Source: Minisyncoccia bacterium
Lineage (GTDB): Bacteria > Patescibacteriota > Minisyncoccia > Phycocordibacterales > UBA9973
DNA: 28,356 bases
Assembly: GCA_049279095.1 (NCBI GenBank)
Contig: JBAPNK010000022.1
Location: forward strand, 1 to 28,356
Direction of reading: 5' to 3'
Shown piece by piece: positions 17,402 to 24,871 of the stretch. Both the position numbers and the translations under genes were made by a program. The notes beneath the pieces are model-generated. The model did no database searches and was not told where the DNA came from. It saw nothing but the letters and a program-made list of their open reading frames with translations. Position 1 is the first letter of the stretch. Every line of letters begins with the position of its first letter.

Positions 17402-17499
17402 TGGATTAGTTCTTCGGGCTAATCCTAGTAGGAGGTTGGTTTCAATCCCCTCTACCATACTCCTTTGCCTCGGCGGTATGTAACCATCGAGGCTTTTTT
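17402..17499 (+). ncRNA. Candidate small RNA (~100 nt)
   Basis: TGcTATACT extended -10 (17387-17395), 5' hairpin with cUUCGg loop, middle stem, terminator hairpin. Confidence 0.5.
17467..17499 (+). terminator. Intrinsic terminator
   Basis: GCCTCGG...TCGAGGC followed by TTTTTT. Confidence 0.7.
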
Positions 17500-17506
17500 A
17501 TTTCCC

Positions 17507-17534
17507 TTGCATTTTTATGCACATTTGCTATCAT
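17507..17534 (+). promoter_or_regulatory. Promoter of the second AbiE pair
   Basis: TTGCAT-16-TATCAT with extended TG. Confidence 0.55.
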
Positions 17535-17583
17535 TATGCAATGGAAATGAGAGAAAATATCAATTCCAGCAAACATTATCAAT

Positions 17584-18162
17584 ATGGACAACTTAATTGC
17601 AAAATTATATCAATCCTCAAAAACAATTCTAACTAATAAAGATATAGCTTTAATTTGGCAGGAAAACAGTCAAAAAAACTTAAATGCCAAAACCGCTTAT
17701 TATGTAAGACGAAAATTGTTAATCAGACTGACCCGAGGAATATTTGCCAAGAATAAAGATTACAACGCCAAAGAATTGGCCACCAGTATTTACGCGCCGT
17801 CTTATATTAGTTTTGAAACAGTTCTCCGAGAGGCTGGGGTAATTTTCCAACACTACGATACAATTTTTGCGGTTTCCAAATGGACAAAAACAATAACTAT
17901 AGGCCGACAATCCTTTACCTTTAGAAAATTAAAAGATATCGTTCTGTTTAATCCTGCCGGTATCATCAGCAAAGACAATTATAGCATTGCCACGCCCGAA
18001 AGAGCTTTTTTGGATATGATTTATTTATTCCCGAATTATTACTTTGACAATTTGCGTGAGATTGATTGGGAAAAATGCGAAAACATGGTAAAAATTTATG
18101 ATAACCAACAATCAATAAAAAGATTAAACAAATATCGCAAAAATTATCAACAAAATTCCTAA
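17584..18162 (+). CDS. abiEi: AbiEi-like type IV antitoxin
   Basis: LIRLTRGIF, PSYISFETVL, IATPERAFLDMIY. Confidence 0.87.
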   Translation: MDNLIAKLYQSSKTILTNKDIALIWQENSQKNLNAKTAYYVRRKLLIRLTRGIFAKNKDYNAKELATSIYAPSYISFETVLREAGVIFQHYDTIFAVSKWTKTITIGRQSFTFRKLKDIVLFNPAGIISKDNYSIATPERAFLDMIYLFPNYYFDNLREIDWEKCENMVKIYDNQQSIKRLNKYRKNYQQNS

Positions 18163-18166
18163 AAAA

Positions 18167-18880
18167 ATGTTAAATAGAGAAAAACATCAATTAATAATGG
18201 GGAATATTTTGAAAGATATCTACGCCGATGTTGCGATTAGTTCGCTATTGGGGTTGAAGGGCGGCACGTGCGCCTACTTTTTTTATGGTTTGCCTAGATT
18301 TTCTGTGGATTTAGATTTTGATTTACTGGCAGTAAACGAAGAAAATCAAAAAATCGTATTCGAAAAGATTGTGAGCATCTTAAGTAAATATGGAAGAGTC
18401 AAAAATAAATATATTAAAAGATTTACAATTTTCGCGCTTCTCTCTTACGGTGATGATAATTACAATATTAAAGTTGAAATAAATATTCGAAAATTGATAG
18501 ACAATATTAAAAACCATTATGAAATGAAAAAATATCTTGGTATTTTAATGCTTGTTGCCAAAAAAGACTATTTATTTGCGAGCAAACTTTCAGCCCTGAC
18601 CTTGCGTTCGGAAATGGCAATGAGAGACATATACGATATTCACTATTTTGCCAAAAGTAATTGGGATATTAATGCCGATGTAATCGAAGCAAGAACTAAT
18701 AAAACGACAAAGAAATATTTGATCGATTGTATATCTTTCATAGAAAAAGTGAAAGATAATCAGATTTTGCAAGGGCTAGGTGAACTTGTTCCAAGTGAAA
18801 AAGAAAAAGATTGGATCAGAAGCCACCTCAAAAAAGACTCTATTTTTATGTTAAAAAATTACATGTCGGTATTGAAATAG
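18167..18880 (+). CDS. abiEii: AbiEii/AbiGii nucleotidyltransferase toxin
   Basis: KGGTCA....LPRFSVDLDF, IKVEI, ASKL, RDIYD. Confidence 0.92.
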   Translation: MLNREKHQLIMGNILKDIYADVAISSLLGLKGGTCAYFFYGLPRFSVDLDFDLLAVNEENQKIVFEKIVSILSKYGRVKNKYIKRFTIFALLSYGDDNYNIKVEINIRKLIDNIKNHYEMKKYLGILMLVAKKDYLFASKLSALTLRSEMAMRDIYDIHYFAKSNWDINADVIEARTNKTTKKYLIDCISFIEKVKDNQILQGLGELVPSEKEKDWIRSHLKKDSIFMLKNYMSVLK

Positions 18881-18890
18881 AACAGAGCGT

Positions 18891-18941
18891 TTGACTTTCT
18901 GTCTATATTTGCTAGTATGAATCCAAGCTCGCCTAGAGCTT
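18891..18941 (+). promoter_or_regulatory. rpsS promoter and 5' hairpin
   Basis: TTGACT-16-TAGTAT with extended TG; AAGCTC-GCCTA-GAGCTT from the predicted +1 at 18925. Confidence 0.65.
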
Positions 18942-18946
18942 TTTTT

Positions 18947-19300
18947 ATGACACGATCAATTAAAAAAGGTTTAAATGTCGACGAAAGACTCTTGAAAAAG
19001 ATTGCCGGCAAAAATCCGCTCCAGACTCCTCCGATTAAGACTTGGAAGCGCGCCTGCGTGATTTCGCCGGAGATGCTTGGTTTTGTTTTTGGCGTTTACA
19101 ACGGCAAGAAACATATTGAAGTTCTGGTCACCGAAGATATGGTGGGGCATCGGCTCGGAGAATTTTCCGAAACCAAGACTTTCCGCAAACACGGCGGCAA
19201 GATGCAGAAAGAATTGGAGATGAAAAAGAAAGAAGCGGAAATAACAGCAGCCAAGGGAGCAGTCGCGGCGGCGGAAGACGCCAAGGGAACCAAAAAATAA
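18947..19300 (+). CDS. rpsS: 30S ribosomal protein S19 with C-terminal extension
   Basis: MTRSIKKG, IKTW.R, VYNGK, MVGHRLGEF; start moved to ATG 18947. Confidence 0.98.
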   Translation: MTRSIKKGLNVDERLLKKIAGKNPLQTPPIKTWKRACVISPEMLGFVFGVYNGKKHIEVLVTEDMVGHRLGEFSETKTFRKHGGKMQKELEMKKKEAEITAAKGAVAAAEDAKGTKK

Positions 19301-19384
19301 TACGAAAATTATGCGAAAGTTACAAAAAACTACAAAAATTTTCGCAGACTTTCGTAAATTTTCGAATAATTTTAGTATAATCAT
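19301..19384. repeat. 84-bp palindromic intergenic repeat, copy 2
   Basis: Near-identical to 13194-13277. Confidence 0.9.
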
Positions 19385-19744
19385 ATGAAAGCATTTTTAA
19401 AAAATTATAGACAAGCGCCGAGAAAAGTTCGTTTGGTGGCGTCGCTTATCAAAGGAAAGTCCGTGGCGCAGGCGATTGCGGAATTGGATTTTTTGGCCAA
19501 GCGCGCCGGAGCGCCGATCAAAAAACTTTTGCTTTCGGCGGTCGCAAATGCAAAACAGCAAGGCGTAGAAATGGAAAATTTATTTGTCAAAGAGTTGCGG
19601 GTAGACAAAGGCATTGTGATGAAAAGGATGATGCCAGCCGCGATGGGCGTCGGACACCGGATTAACAAAAGGACCAGCCATATCAATATTTTATTAACAG
19701 AGAAAGTAATTTCGGTAAAAAAGACGAAAAAAGTTAAAAAATAA
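19385..19744 (+). CDS. rplV: 50S ribosomal protein L22
   Basis: RQAPRKVRLVA, SAVANA, INKRTSHI. Confidence 0.98.
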   Translation: MKAFLKNYRQAPRKVRLVASLIKGKSVAQAIAELDFLAKRAGAPIKKLLLSAVANAKQQGVEMENLFVKELRVDKGIVMKRMMPAAMGVGHRINKRTSHINILLTEKVISVKKTKKVKK

Positions 19745-19745
19745 T

Positions 19746-19781
19746 CACCACCCCCGACCCCTCCTCAGCAAGGAGGGGAGG
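19746..19781. repeat. C-rich/G-rich REP-like hairpin, copy 2
   Basis: CCCCTCCT-CAGCA-AGGAGGGG preceded by CACCACCCCCGA. Confidence 0.65.
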
Positions 19782-19793
19782 AAATACAATAAA

Positions 19794-20504
19794 ATGTCAA
19801 AAATAGTCCACCCATATGCGCATAGATTGATCATTCTCCGAGACTGGAAGTCCCGCTGGTTCGCCGATCCGAAAAAATATGTCGCCTATTTGAAAGGAGA
19901 TGTTTTAATTCGCCAGTATCTGGAAAAAAAATTGCGCGGAATGTATCTTTCCGGTATTGAAATCGAACGCAGCCGCAAAGCCACCCGTTTCATCATCAAA
20001 ACTTCTCGCCCGGGCTTGCTGATAGGCAGAAATGGCGAAGGCGCGACCAAACTCAAAGAAGATATTTTGAAAAAAATGGATAATTTGAAAATTCCGCGCC
20101 CGGAAGATTTCAAGCTGGAAATTGTGGAAGTGACCAATCCGGAAGCAGACGCGGCGATCGTGTCTTATATGATCGCCGAAAGTTTGGAAAAAAGAATGCC
20201 TTATCGCCGAGTGATCAAGCAGATTATGGAAAAAGTGATGCAGGCGCACGGCGTGGAAGGCGCGAGAATTGTGCTCTCGGGTCGTTTGGGCGGCGCCGAA
20301 ATCGCCCGCACGGAAGAGTTGAAGCGCGGCAGTGTGCCCTTGCAGAGTTTTCGCGCGGATATAGATTTTCATCGAGAGCGCGCAACGCTTTCTTACGGCG
20401 TGGTCGGCATCAAAGTTTGGATCTATCGCGGCAAGATTTTTGCCGATAAGAAATTAAAAGAAAAAATTTCCGCCCAAGGCGAATCCGCTTATGGCGGAAA
20501 TTAA
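19794..20504 (+). CDS. rpsC: 30S ribosomal protein S3
   Basis: RPGLLIGRNG, SGRLGGAEIARTE, YGVVGIKVWIY. Confidence 0.99.
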   Translation: MSKIVHPYAHRLIILRDWKSRWFADPKKYVAYLKGDVLIRQYLEKKLRGMYLSGIEIERSRKATRFIIKTSRPGLLIGRNGEGATKLKEDILKKMDNLKIPRPEDFKLEIVEVTNPEADAAIVSYMIAESLEKRMPYRRVIKQIMEKVMQAHGVEGARIVLSGRLGGAEIARTEELKRGSVPLQSFRADIDFHRERATLSYGVVGIKVWIYRGKIFADKKLKEKISAQGESAYGGN

Positions 20505-20509
20505 TTTTT

Positions 20510-20938
20510 ATGTTAATTCCCAAAAAAGTAAAATTTAGAAAATGGCAGACCGGCAGGAGCAATCCGAAATCGCAAACGCCGGATACCCGGGGCATTAAAC
20601 TGGCTTTCGGTTCCTACGGACTCAAATCCGAAACGCAAGCGCGGGTGAAATCCGTCCAGCTGGAATCGGCGCGCAAAGTCATTTCGCGCACCTTGACCAA
20701 AGCCGGCAAATATTGGATTCGGATTTTTCCGGATCGTCCTTACACCGCCAAAGCGGCGGAAGTCGGCATGGGCAAAGGCAAAGGCGATCCGCAGGGATAC
20801 TGCTTTGATGTTTTTCCGGGCAGAATTATTTTTGAAGTCGACGGGGTGGAAGAGTCAGTGGCGCATGAGGCTTTACGCAAGGCCGGCACCAAGCTTCCGA
20901 TTAAAACTAGAATTATTTCTAGGGCGCATAAACAATAA
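20510..20938 (+). CDS. rplP: 50S ribosomal protein L16
   Basis: MLIPKKVKFRK, WIRIFPD, MGKGKG, KLPIKT. Confidence 0.98.
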   Translation: MLIPKKVKFRKWQTGRSNPKSQTPDTRGIKLAFGSYGLKSETQARVKSVQLESARKVISRTLTKAGKYWIRIFPDRPYTAKAAEVGMGKGKGDPQGYCFDVFPGRIIFEVDGVEESVAHEALRKAGTKLPIKTRIISRAHKQ

Positions 20939-20947
20939 TTTTTTTAT

Positions 20948-21145
20948 ATGGCAGCAAAAAACAAAGAAAATTTTAAGGAAATGAACAAAGACGAACTTCA
21001 AAAGAAGCTGATTTCTTTGCGGGAAGAAATTCGGTTGGTTAAATTCAAAGCCGAAGGTTCCAAATCAAAAAATGTCAAGGAAGGCAGAAAATTGCGAAAA
21101 CAAATTGCGCGCGTTCTTACTGAGATTAATATTAATAAAAAATGA
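20948..21145 (+). CDS. rpmC: 50S ribosomal protein L29
   Basis: [10 protein letters not shown]; position between rplP and rpsQ. Confidence 0.93.
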   Translation: MAAKNKENFKEMNKDELQKKLISLREEIRLVKFKAEGSKSKNVKEGRKLRKQIARVLTEININKK

Positions 21146-21146
21146 T

Positions 21147-21386
21147 ATGGCAAATAAAGGAAACATTTTAAAAGGCGTGGTCGTTTCCGATAAGATGGAT
21201 AAAACCATCGTGGTTTCTGTTTCTCGTTTCGTGAAACATCCGCTTTACGGCAAATTTTACAAAATCAGCAAAAAGTATAAAGCGCATGACGAGGAAAATA
21301 AATATAAAATAGGGGACAAAGTGGAAATAGTCGAAACCAGGCCATTTTCCAAAGATAAAAAATTCAAAATTTATGATTCAAAATGA
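21147..21386 (+). CDS. rpsQ: 30S ribosomal protein S17
   Basis: [33 protein letters not shown]; start moved to ATG 21147. Confidence 0.97.
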   Translation: MANKGNILKGVVVSDKMDKTIVVSVSRFVKHPLYGKFYKISKKYKAHDEENKYKIGDKVEIVETRPFSKDKKFKIYDSK

Positions 21387-21744
21387 AACTTTAGTTAAAA
21401 TAACAGACAATGCCGGGGGCACCGTGGGCAAGGTGTTCAAAATTTTGGGTTCTTCCAAAAAAAGATACGCCTCGTTGGGAGAACTGGTGATTATTTCCGT
21501 GAAGGTCGCCACTCCGAGAAAAATGGTCAAAAAGAAAGATGTACACCAGGCGGTCGTAGTGCGCACTCGCGGAGCTTATCGGCGAAAAGACGGTTCCTAT
21601 ATCCGTTTCGACGACAATGCGGTGGTGATTTTGGAAAAAGGCAAGAAAGATCCGAAAGCCGGTCGCGTTTTCGGACCGATTCCGCGAGAGTTGGCGGAAA
21701 AAGGATTTCAAAAGATAATTTCTTTGGCGCAGGAAGTGATATAA
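21373..21744 (+). CDS. rplN: 50S ribosomal protein L14
   Basis: [27 protein letters not shown]. Confidence 0.98.
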   Translation: MIQNETLVKITDNAGGTVGKVFKILGSSKKRYASLGELVIISVKVATPRKMVKKKDVHQAVVVRTRGAYRRKDGSYIRFDDNAVVILEKGKKDPKAGRVFGPIPRELAEKGFQKIISLAQEVI

Positions 21745-21751
21745 AAAATTT

Positions 21752-21970
21752 ATGAAAATCAAAAAAGGAGACAATGTAAAAATTATTACCGGCAAAGACA
21801 AAGGAAAGTCTGGCAAAATTGTTCGCGTTTTGGTGAAGGAAAACAAGGTTATTGTTGACGGCGCCAATATGATGAAAAAACATCAACGGCCAAGAAAGTC
21901 CGGAGAAAAAGGTTCGATGATGAATATCGCCATGCCGATTCACGCTTCCAATGTTAAAAAGACAGAATAA
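21752..21970 (+). CDS. rplX: 50S ribosomal protein L24 (short)
   Basis: MKIKKGDNV..ITGKDKGKSG KOW motif, PIHASNV. Confidence 0.96.
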   Translation: MKIKKGDNVKIITGKDKGKSGKIVRVLVKENKVIVDGANMMKKHQRPRKSGEKGSMMNIAMPIHASNVKKTE

Positions 21971-21985
21971 TTTTATATAAACAAT

Positions 21986-22558
21986 ATGACAACAAAACAT
22001 TTAACTGTCCAAGAAAAAGAAATACAGAGTTTTGAAAAGATGAAAGCAATTTTTCATTATACCAACGCGATGGCCGCGCCCAAAATGCGGAAAGTGGTGG
22101 TTAATGTCGGCACCGGCACACTGATGAAGAAAGACAAAAACAAAAATGAGGCGATTGCCGACCGCTTGGCGAAAATTACCGGCCAAAAAGGAGCTTTGCG
22201 AGGCGCCAAGCAGTCAATTGCGTCATTCAAAACCCGACAGGGCGATCCGATTGGCGTCATTGTGACCATGCGCGGCAGCCGGATGTATGCATTTTTGGAA
22301 AAATTGATCAATGTCGCGATCCCGCGCACCAAAGATTTCCGCGGCATCAACCGTTCCGGCGTGGACAATATCGGTAACCTGACCATCGGCATCAAAGAAC
22401 ACACTATTTTTCCGGAAACCGCCGATGAAGATATCCGCGATGTTTTCGGGATGTCGATTACGCTGGTTTCCACCGCCAAAAATAAAAAAGAAGGCACTAC
22501 TTTTTTTGAAATCCTAGGCATTCCTTTTAAGAAGGAAGAAGCAGTAAATAAAAAATAA
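21986..22558 (+). CDS. rplE: 50S ribosomal protein L5
   Basis: KVVVNVG, ITGQK, SIASFK.RQG.PIG, PRTKDFRG. Confidence 0.98.
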   Translation: MTTKHLTVQEKEIQSFEKMKAIFHYTNAMAAPKMRKVVVNVGTGTLMKKDKNKNEAIADRLAKITGQKGALRGAKQSIASFKTRQGDPIGVIVTMRGSRMYAFLEKLINVAIPRTKDFRGINRSGVDNIGNLTIGIKEHTIFPETADEDIRDVFGMSITLVSTAKNKKEGTTFFEILGIPFKKEEAVNKK

Positions 22559-22572
22559 ATTCAACTCCGGGG

Positions 22573-22694
22573 TTGTGTTTTTTTAGTTTATCTGCTAGTA
22601 TAAAAAAGTCCAAGAGATAGGTCTGATCTGTGTTTCTCCTTAAGATTTTTACGAAATTTTAAGAAAAAACACGAGATATCGCCTAGAAATGGAC
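22573..22694 (+). promoter_or_regulatory. Internal promoter and long structured leader upstream of rpsN-rpsH
   Basis: TTGTGT-17-TAGTAT with extended TG; 87-nt irregular hairpin 22608-22694. Confidence 0.55.
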
Positions 22695-22704
22695 ATTATT
22701 CAAT

Positions 22705-22890
22705 ATGGCCAAAACATCCGTCAAAGCGCGAGCAAATAAAAAACCGAAATTTTCCACGCGAGCGAAAAATCGCTGTTTTCGTTGCGGGCGCGGCAACGGT
22801 TTTATGCGCGATTTTGGCCTGTGCCGAATTTGTTTTCGGGAACTGGCCAACGAGGGAATGTTGCCGGGGGTTAGAAAATCTTCCTGGTAA
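22705..22890 (+). CDS. rpsN: 30S ribosomal protein S14, zinc-binding type
   Basis: RCFRCGR...[18 protein letters not shown]; 61 aa. Confidence 0.98.
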   Translation: MAKTSVKARANKKPKFSTRAKNRCFRCGRGNGFMRDFGLCRICFRELANEGMLPGVRKSSW

Positions 22891-22899
22891 AAAATTTTT

Positions 22900-23289
22900 A
22901 TGGATTCAATTTCAAATATGATAATAATAATGAAGAACGGGAGCTTGGCTGGTTTGCCGGCCGTTTCTTTTCCTTATTCCAAAATGAAAAATGCCATCGG
23001 TTTATGTTTGAAAAAAGAGGGATACATTGCCGATATTTTCCAAAAAACAAAAAAGGGAATTCCGGTTTTGGAAGCGGTCTTGATTTACGGAGACGACAAA
23101 AAGCCGAGAATTTCGGAAGTGGAAAGAATTTCCAAACAATCCCGCCGGGTTTATTTCGGAATCAAAGACATTCATTCGGTTCGCAACGGTTCCGGTCTAT
23201 TAGTACTTTCGACCCCGAAAGGAATTTTATCCGGTAAAGAAGCCCGCAAAGAACAAGTCGGCGGCGAGGCGTTGTTTAGAATTTGGTAA
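22900..23289 (+). CDS. rpsH: 30S ribosomal protein S8
   Basis: EGYI, RISK.SRRVY, LSTPKGI, VGGE. Confidence 0.97.
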   Translation: MDSISNMIIIMKNGSLAGLPAVSFPYSKMKNAIGLCLKKEGYIADIFQKTKKGIPVLEAVLIYGDDKKPRISEVERISKQSRRVYFGIKDIHSVRNGSGLLVLSTPKGILSGKEARKEQVGGEALFRIW

Positions 23290-23296
23290 AAATTTT

Positions 23297-23830
23297 ATGT
23301 CAAGAATAGGAAAACAAGAAATAAAAATACCAACAGCAGTAAAAGTCACCCAAAATGGCAACTCGTTGACGGTGGCGGGTCCGAAAGGAACGATCCATAA
23401 AACATTTCGAGACGATATTTCGATTGTCATCGGCGCCGGCGCAATCAATTTGAATATCAAACGGAACGACAAATTTTCGCAATCGCTCTGGGGCACTTAC
23501 GCTTCGCATATAAAGAATATGATTAAAGGGGTGGAAACTCCTTATCAAAAAAAATTGATCTTGGAGGGAGTTGGATTTAAATCCGAAGTCAAAGGTAAAG
23601 AACTCAATTTTGCTTTAGGATTTTCTCATCCGGTAATTGTGAAAATTCCCGAAGGTATTGTCGCGACGGCCGAGAAAAACAACATTACGATTATGGGCGT
23701 TGATAAAGAATTAGTGGGCAGTTTTACCGCCGCGATTCGCGCGCTGAAAAAACCGGAGCCGTATAAGGGCAAAGGAATCCGTTATGAAGATGAGATTATT
23801 AGACGCAAGCAAGGCAAGAAAACTGTCTAG
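23297..23830 (+). CDS. rplF: 50S ribosomal protein L6
   Basis: [27 protein letters not shown]. Confidence 0.99.
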   Translation: MSRIGKQEIKIPTAVKVTQNGNSLTVAGPKGTIHKTFRDDISIVIGAGAINLNIKRNDKFSQSLWGTYASHIKNMIKGVETPYQKKLILEGVGFKSEVKGKELNFALGFSHPVIVKIPEGIVATAEKNNITIMGVDKELVGSFTAAIRALKKPEPYKGKGIRYEDEIIRRKQGKKTV

Positions 23831-23868
23831 CACCTCATCCCAGCTCTCTCCTTATAAAGGAGAGAGGG
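23831..23868. repeat. C-rich/G-rich REP-like hairpin, copy 3
   Basis: CTCTCTCCTT-ATA-AAGGAGAGAG preceded by CACCTCATCCCAG. Confidence 0.65.
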
Positions 23869-23886
23869 AATAAAAAACAAAACAAA

Positions 23887-24228
23887 ATGCAAAAGAAAGA
23901 CGAAAAAAGAATAAGGTTGAAAAGAAAAATAAGAGCCAAGTTGTCAGGCACAGCCAACCGTCCGCGGCTCACGATTTTTCGTTCCAATAAATTCATTTAC
24001 GCGCAACTTGTTGATGATTTGGCGGGAAAAACTTTGGTTTCCGCGAGCGACCTTAAAACAGGAAAAGGCACGAAAATCGAAAGAGCCAAAGAAGTCGGTC
24101 GCGCGATTGCCGAGAAAGCGATGCAGATGAAAATCAAAAAAGTCGTTTTTGATCGCAACGGGTTCAAATATGCCGGTCGAATAAAATTGGTTGCCGACGA
24201 AGCGCGCGCTTTGGGATTGGAGTTTTAA
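23887..24228 (+). CDS. rplR: 50S ribosomal protein L18
   Basis: [34 protein letters not shown]. Confidence 0.98.
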   Translation: MQKKDEKRIRLKRKIRAKLSGTANRPRLTIFRSNKFIYAQLVDDLAGKTLVSASDLKTGKGTKIERAKEVGRAIAEKAMQMKIKKVVFDRNGFKYAGRIKLVADEARALGLEF

Positions 24229-24251
24229 ATAATTAACAATTCAAATTACAA

Positions 24252-24806
24252 ATGGAAAAAAGAAATGAAAAAAAGAATAATAATCGCCGAAATTCTTCTT
24301 TCGGACGAGTCAAGCCGGAATTTGACCAGAAGATCTTGAATATTCGCCGAGTGACGCGCGTGGTTGCCGGCGGACGACGATTTTCTTTCAGTGTGGCCTT
24401 GGTTGCCGGAGACAAGAAGGGTTGCGTGGGGTTGGGCTTGGGAAAAGCCGGAGATACCGCGCTCGCGATCAACAAGGCCTTGCGCAACGCCAAAAAAAAT
24501 ATGGTTAGGTTAAAATTGACTAAGACAATGTCCATTCCGCATGAACTTTCCGCAAAATTTTCCAGCTCGGAAATCATTTTGCGGCCGAATAAAGGCCGCG
24601 GATTGGTGGCCGGTTCGGTCGTTCGCGATATTGTGAAGCTTTCCGGTATGCGCGATATCACCGGAAAAATTTTATCCGACAGCAAGAACAAATTAAATAA
24701 TGCCAAAGCGGTGATGTCGGCCTTGTCCCAGATTTCCGATAAGTATGTGAAAATTCCGGAAATTAGCGTGGTCGCCAACAAAGAAGAATTAAAAGTAAGT
24801 GACTAG
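24252..24806 (+). CDS. rpsE: 30S ribosomal protein S5
   Basis: RRVTRVVAGGRRFSF, VGLGLGKA, GLVAG. Confidence 0.98.
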   Translation: MEKRNEKKNNNRRNSSFGRVKPEFDQKILNIRRVTRVVAGGRRFSFSVALVAGDKKGCVGLGLGKAGDTALAINKALRNAKKNMVRLKLTKTMSIPHELSAKFSSSEIILRPNKGRGLVAGSVVRDIVKLSGMRDITGKILSDSKNKLNNAKAVMSALSQISDKYVKIPEISVVANKEELKVSD

Positions 24807-24866
24807 TTTCTAGTGACTAGGGGCTAGTGAAATTACTAGAACCTAGAAGCTAAAACCTAGAACCTA
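24800..24866. repeat. Inverted array of CTAG heptamers
   Basis: tgaCTAG tttCTAG tgaCTAG gggCTAG - spacer - CTAGaac CTAGaag CTAAaac CTAGaac. Confidence 0.75.
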
Positions 24867-24871
24867 ATTCA

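Noticed and set aside
17426..17457. tRNA, tmRNA 3' end or preQ1 riboswitch
   Set aside because: T-stem pairs poorly, acceptor spacing to ACCA is wrong, there are no D or anticodon arms, and no preQ1 A-rich tail
17436..17483. 15-codon hydrophobic TTG ORF after AGGAGG (type I toxin-like)
   Set aside because: Zero spacing between SD and start codon; too short to support
15106..18946. Prophage, integron or IS as carrier of the AbiE island
   Set aside because: No integrase, transposase, attC-like sites or flanking direct repeats seen
22608..22694. SRP RNA or 6S RNA
   Set aside because: No SRP domain IV motif, too short for 6S, and no terminator before rpsN
24229..24251. Weak AATT-based heptamer periodicity between rplR and rpsE
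   Set aside because: About three degenerate units in AT-rich sequence with no inverted half
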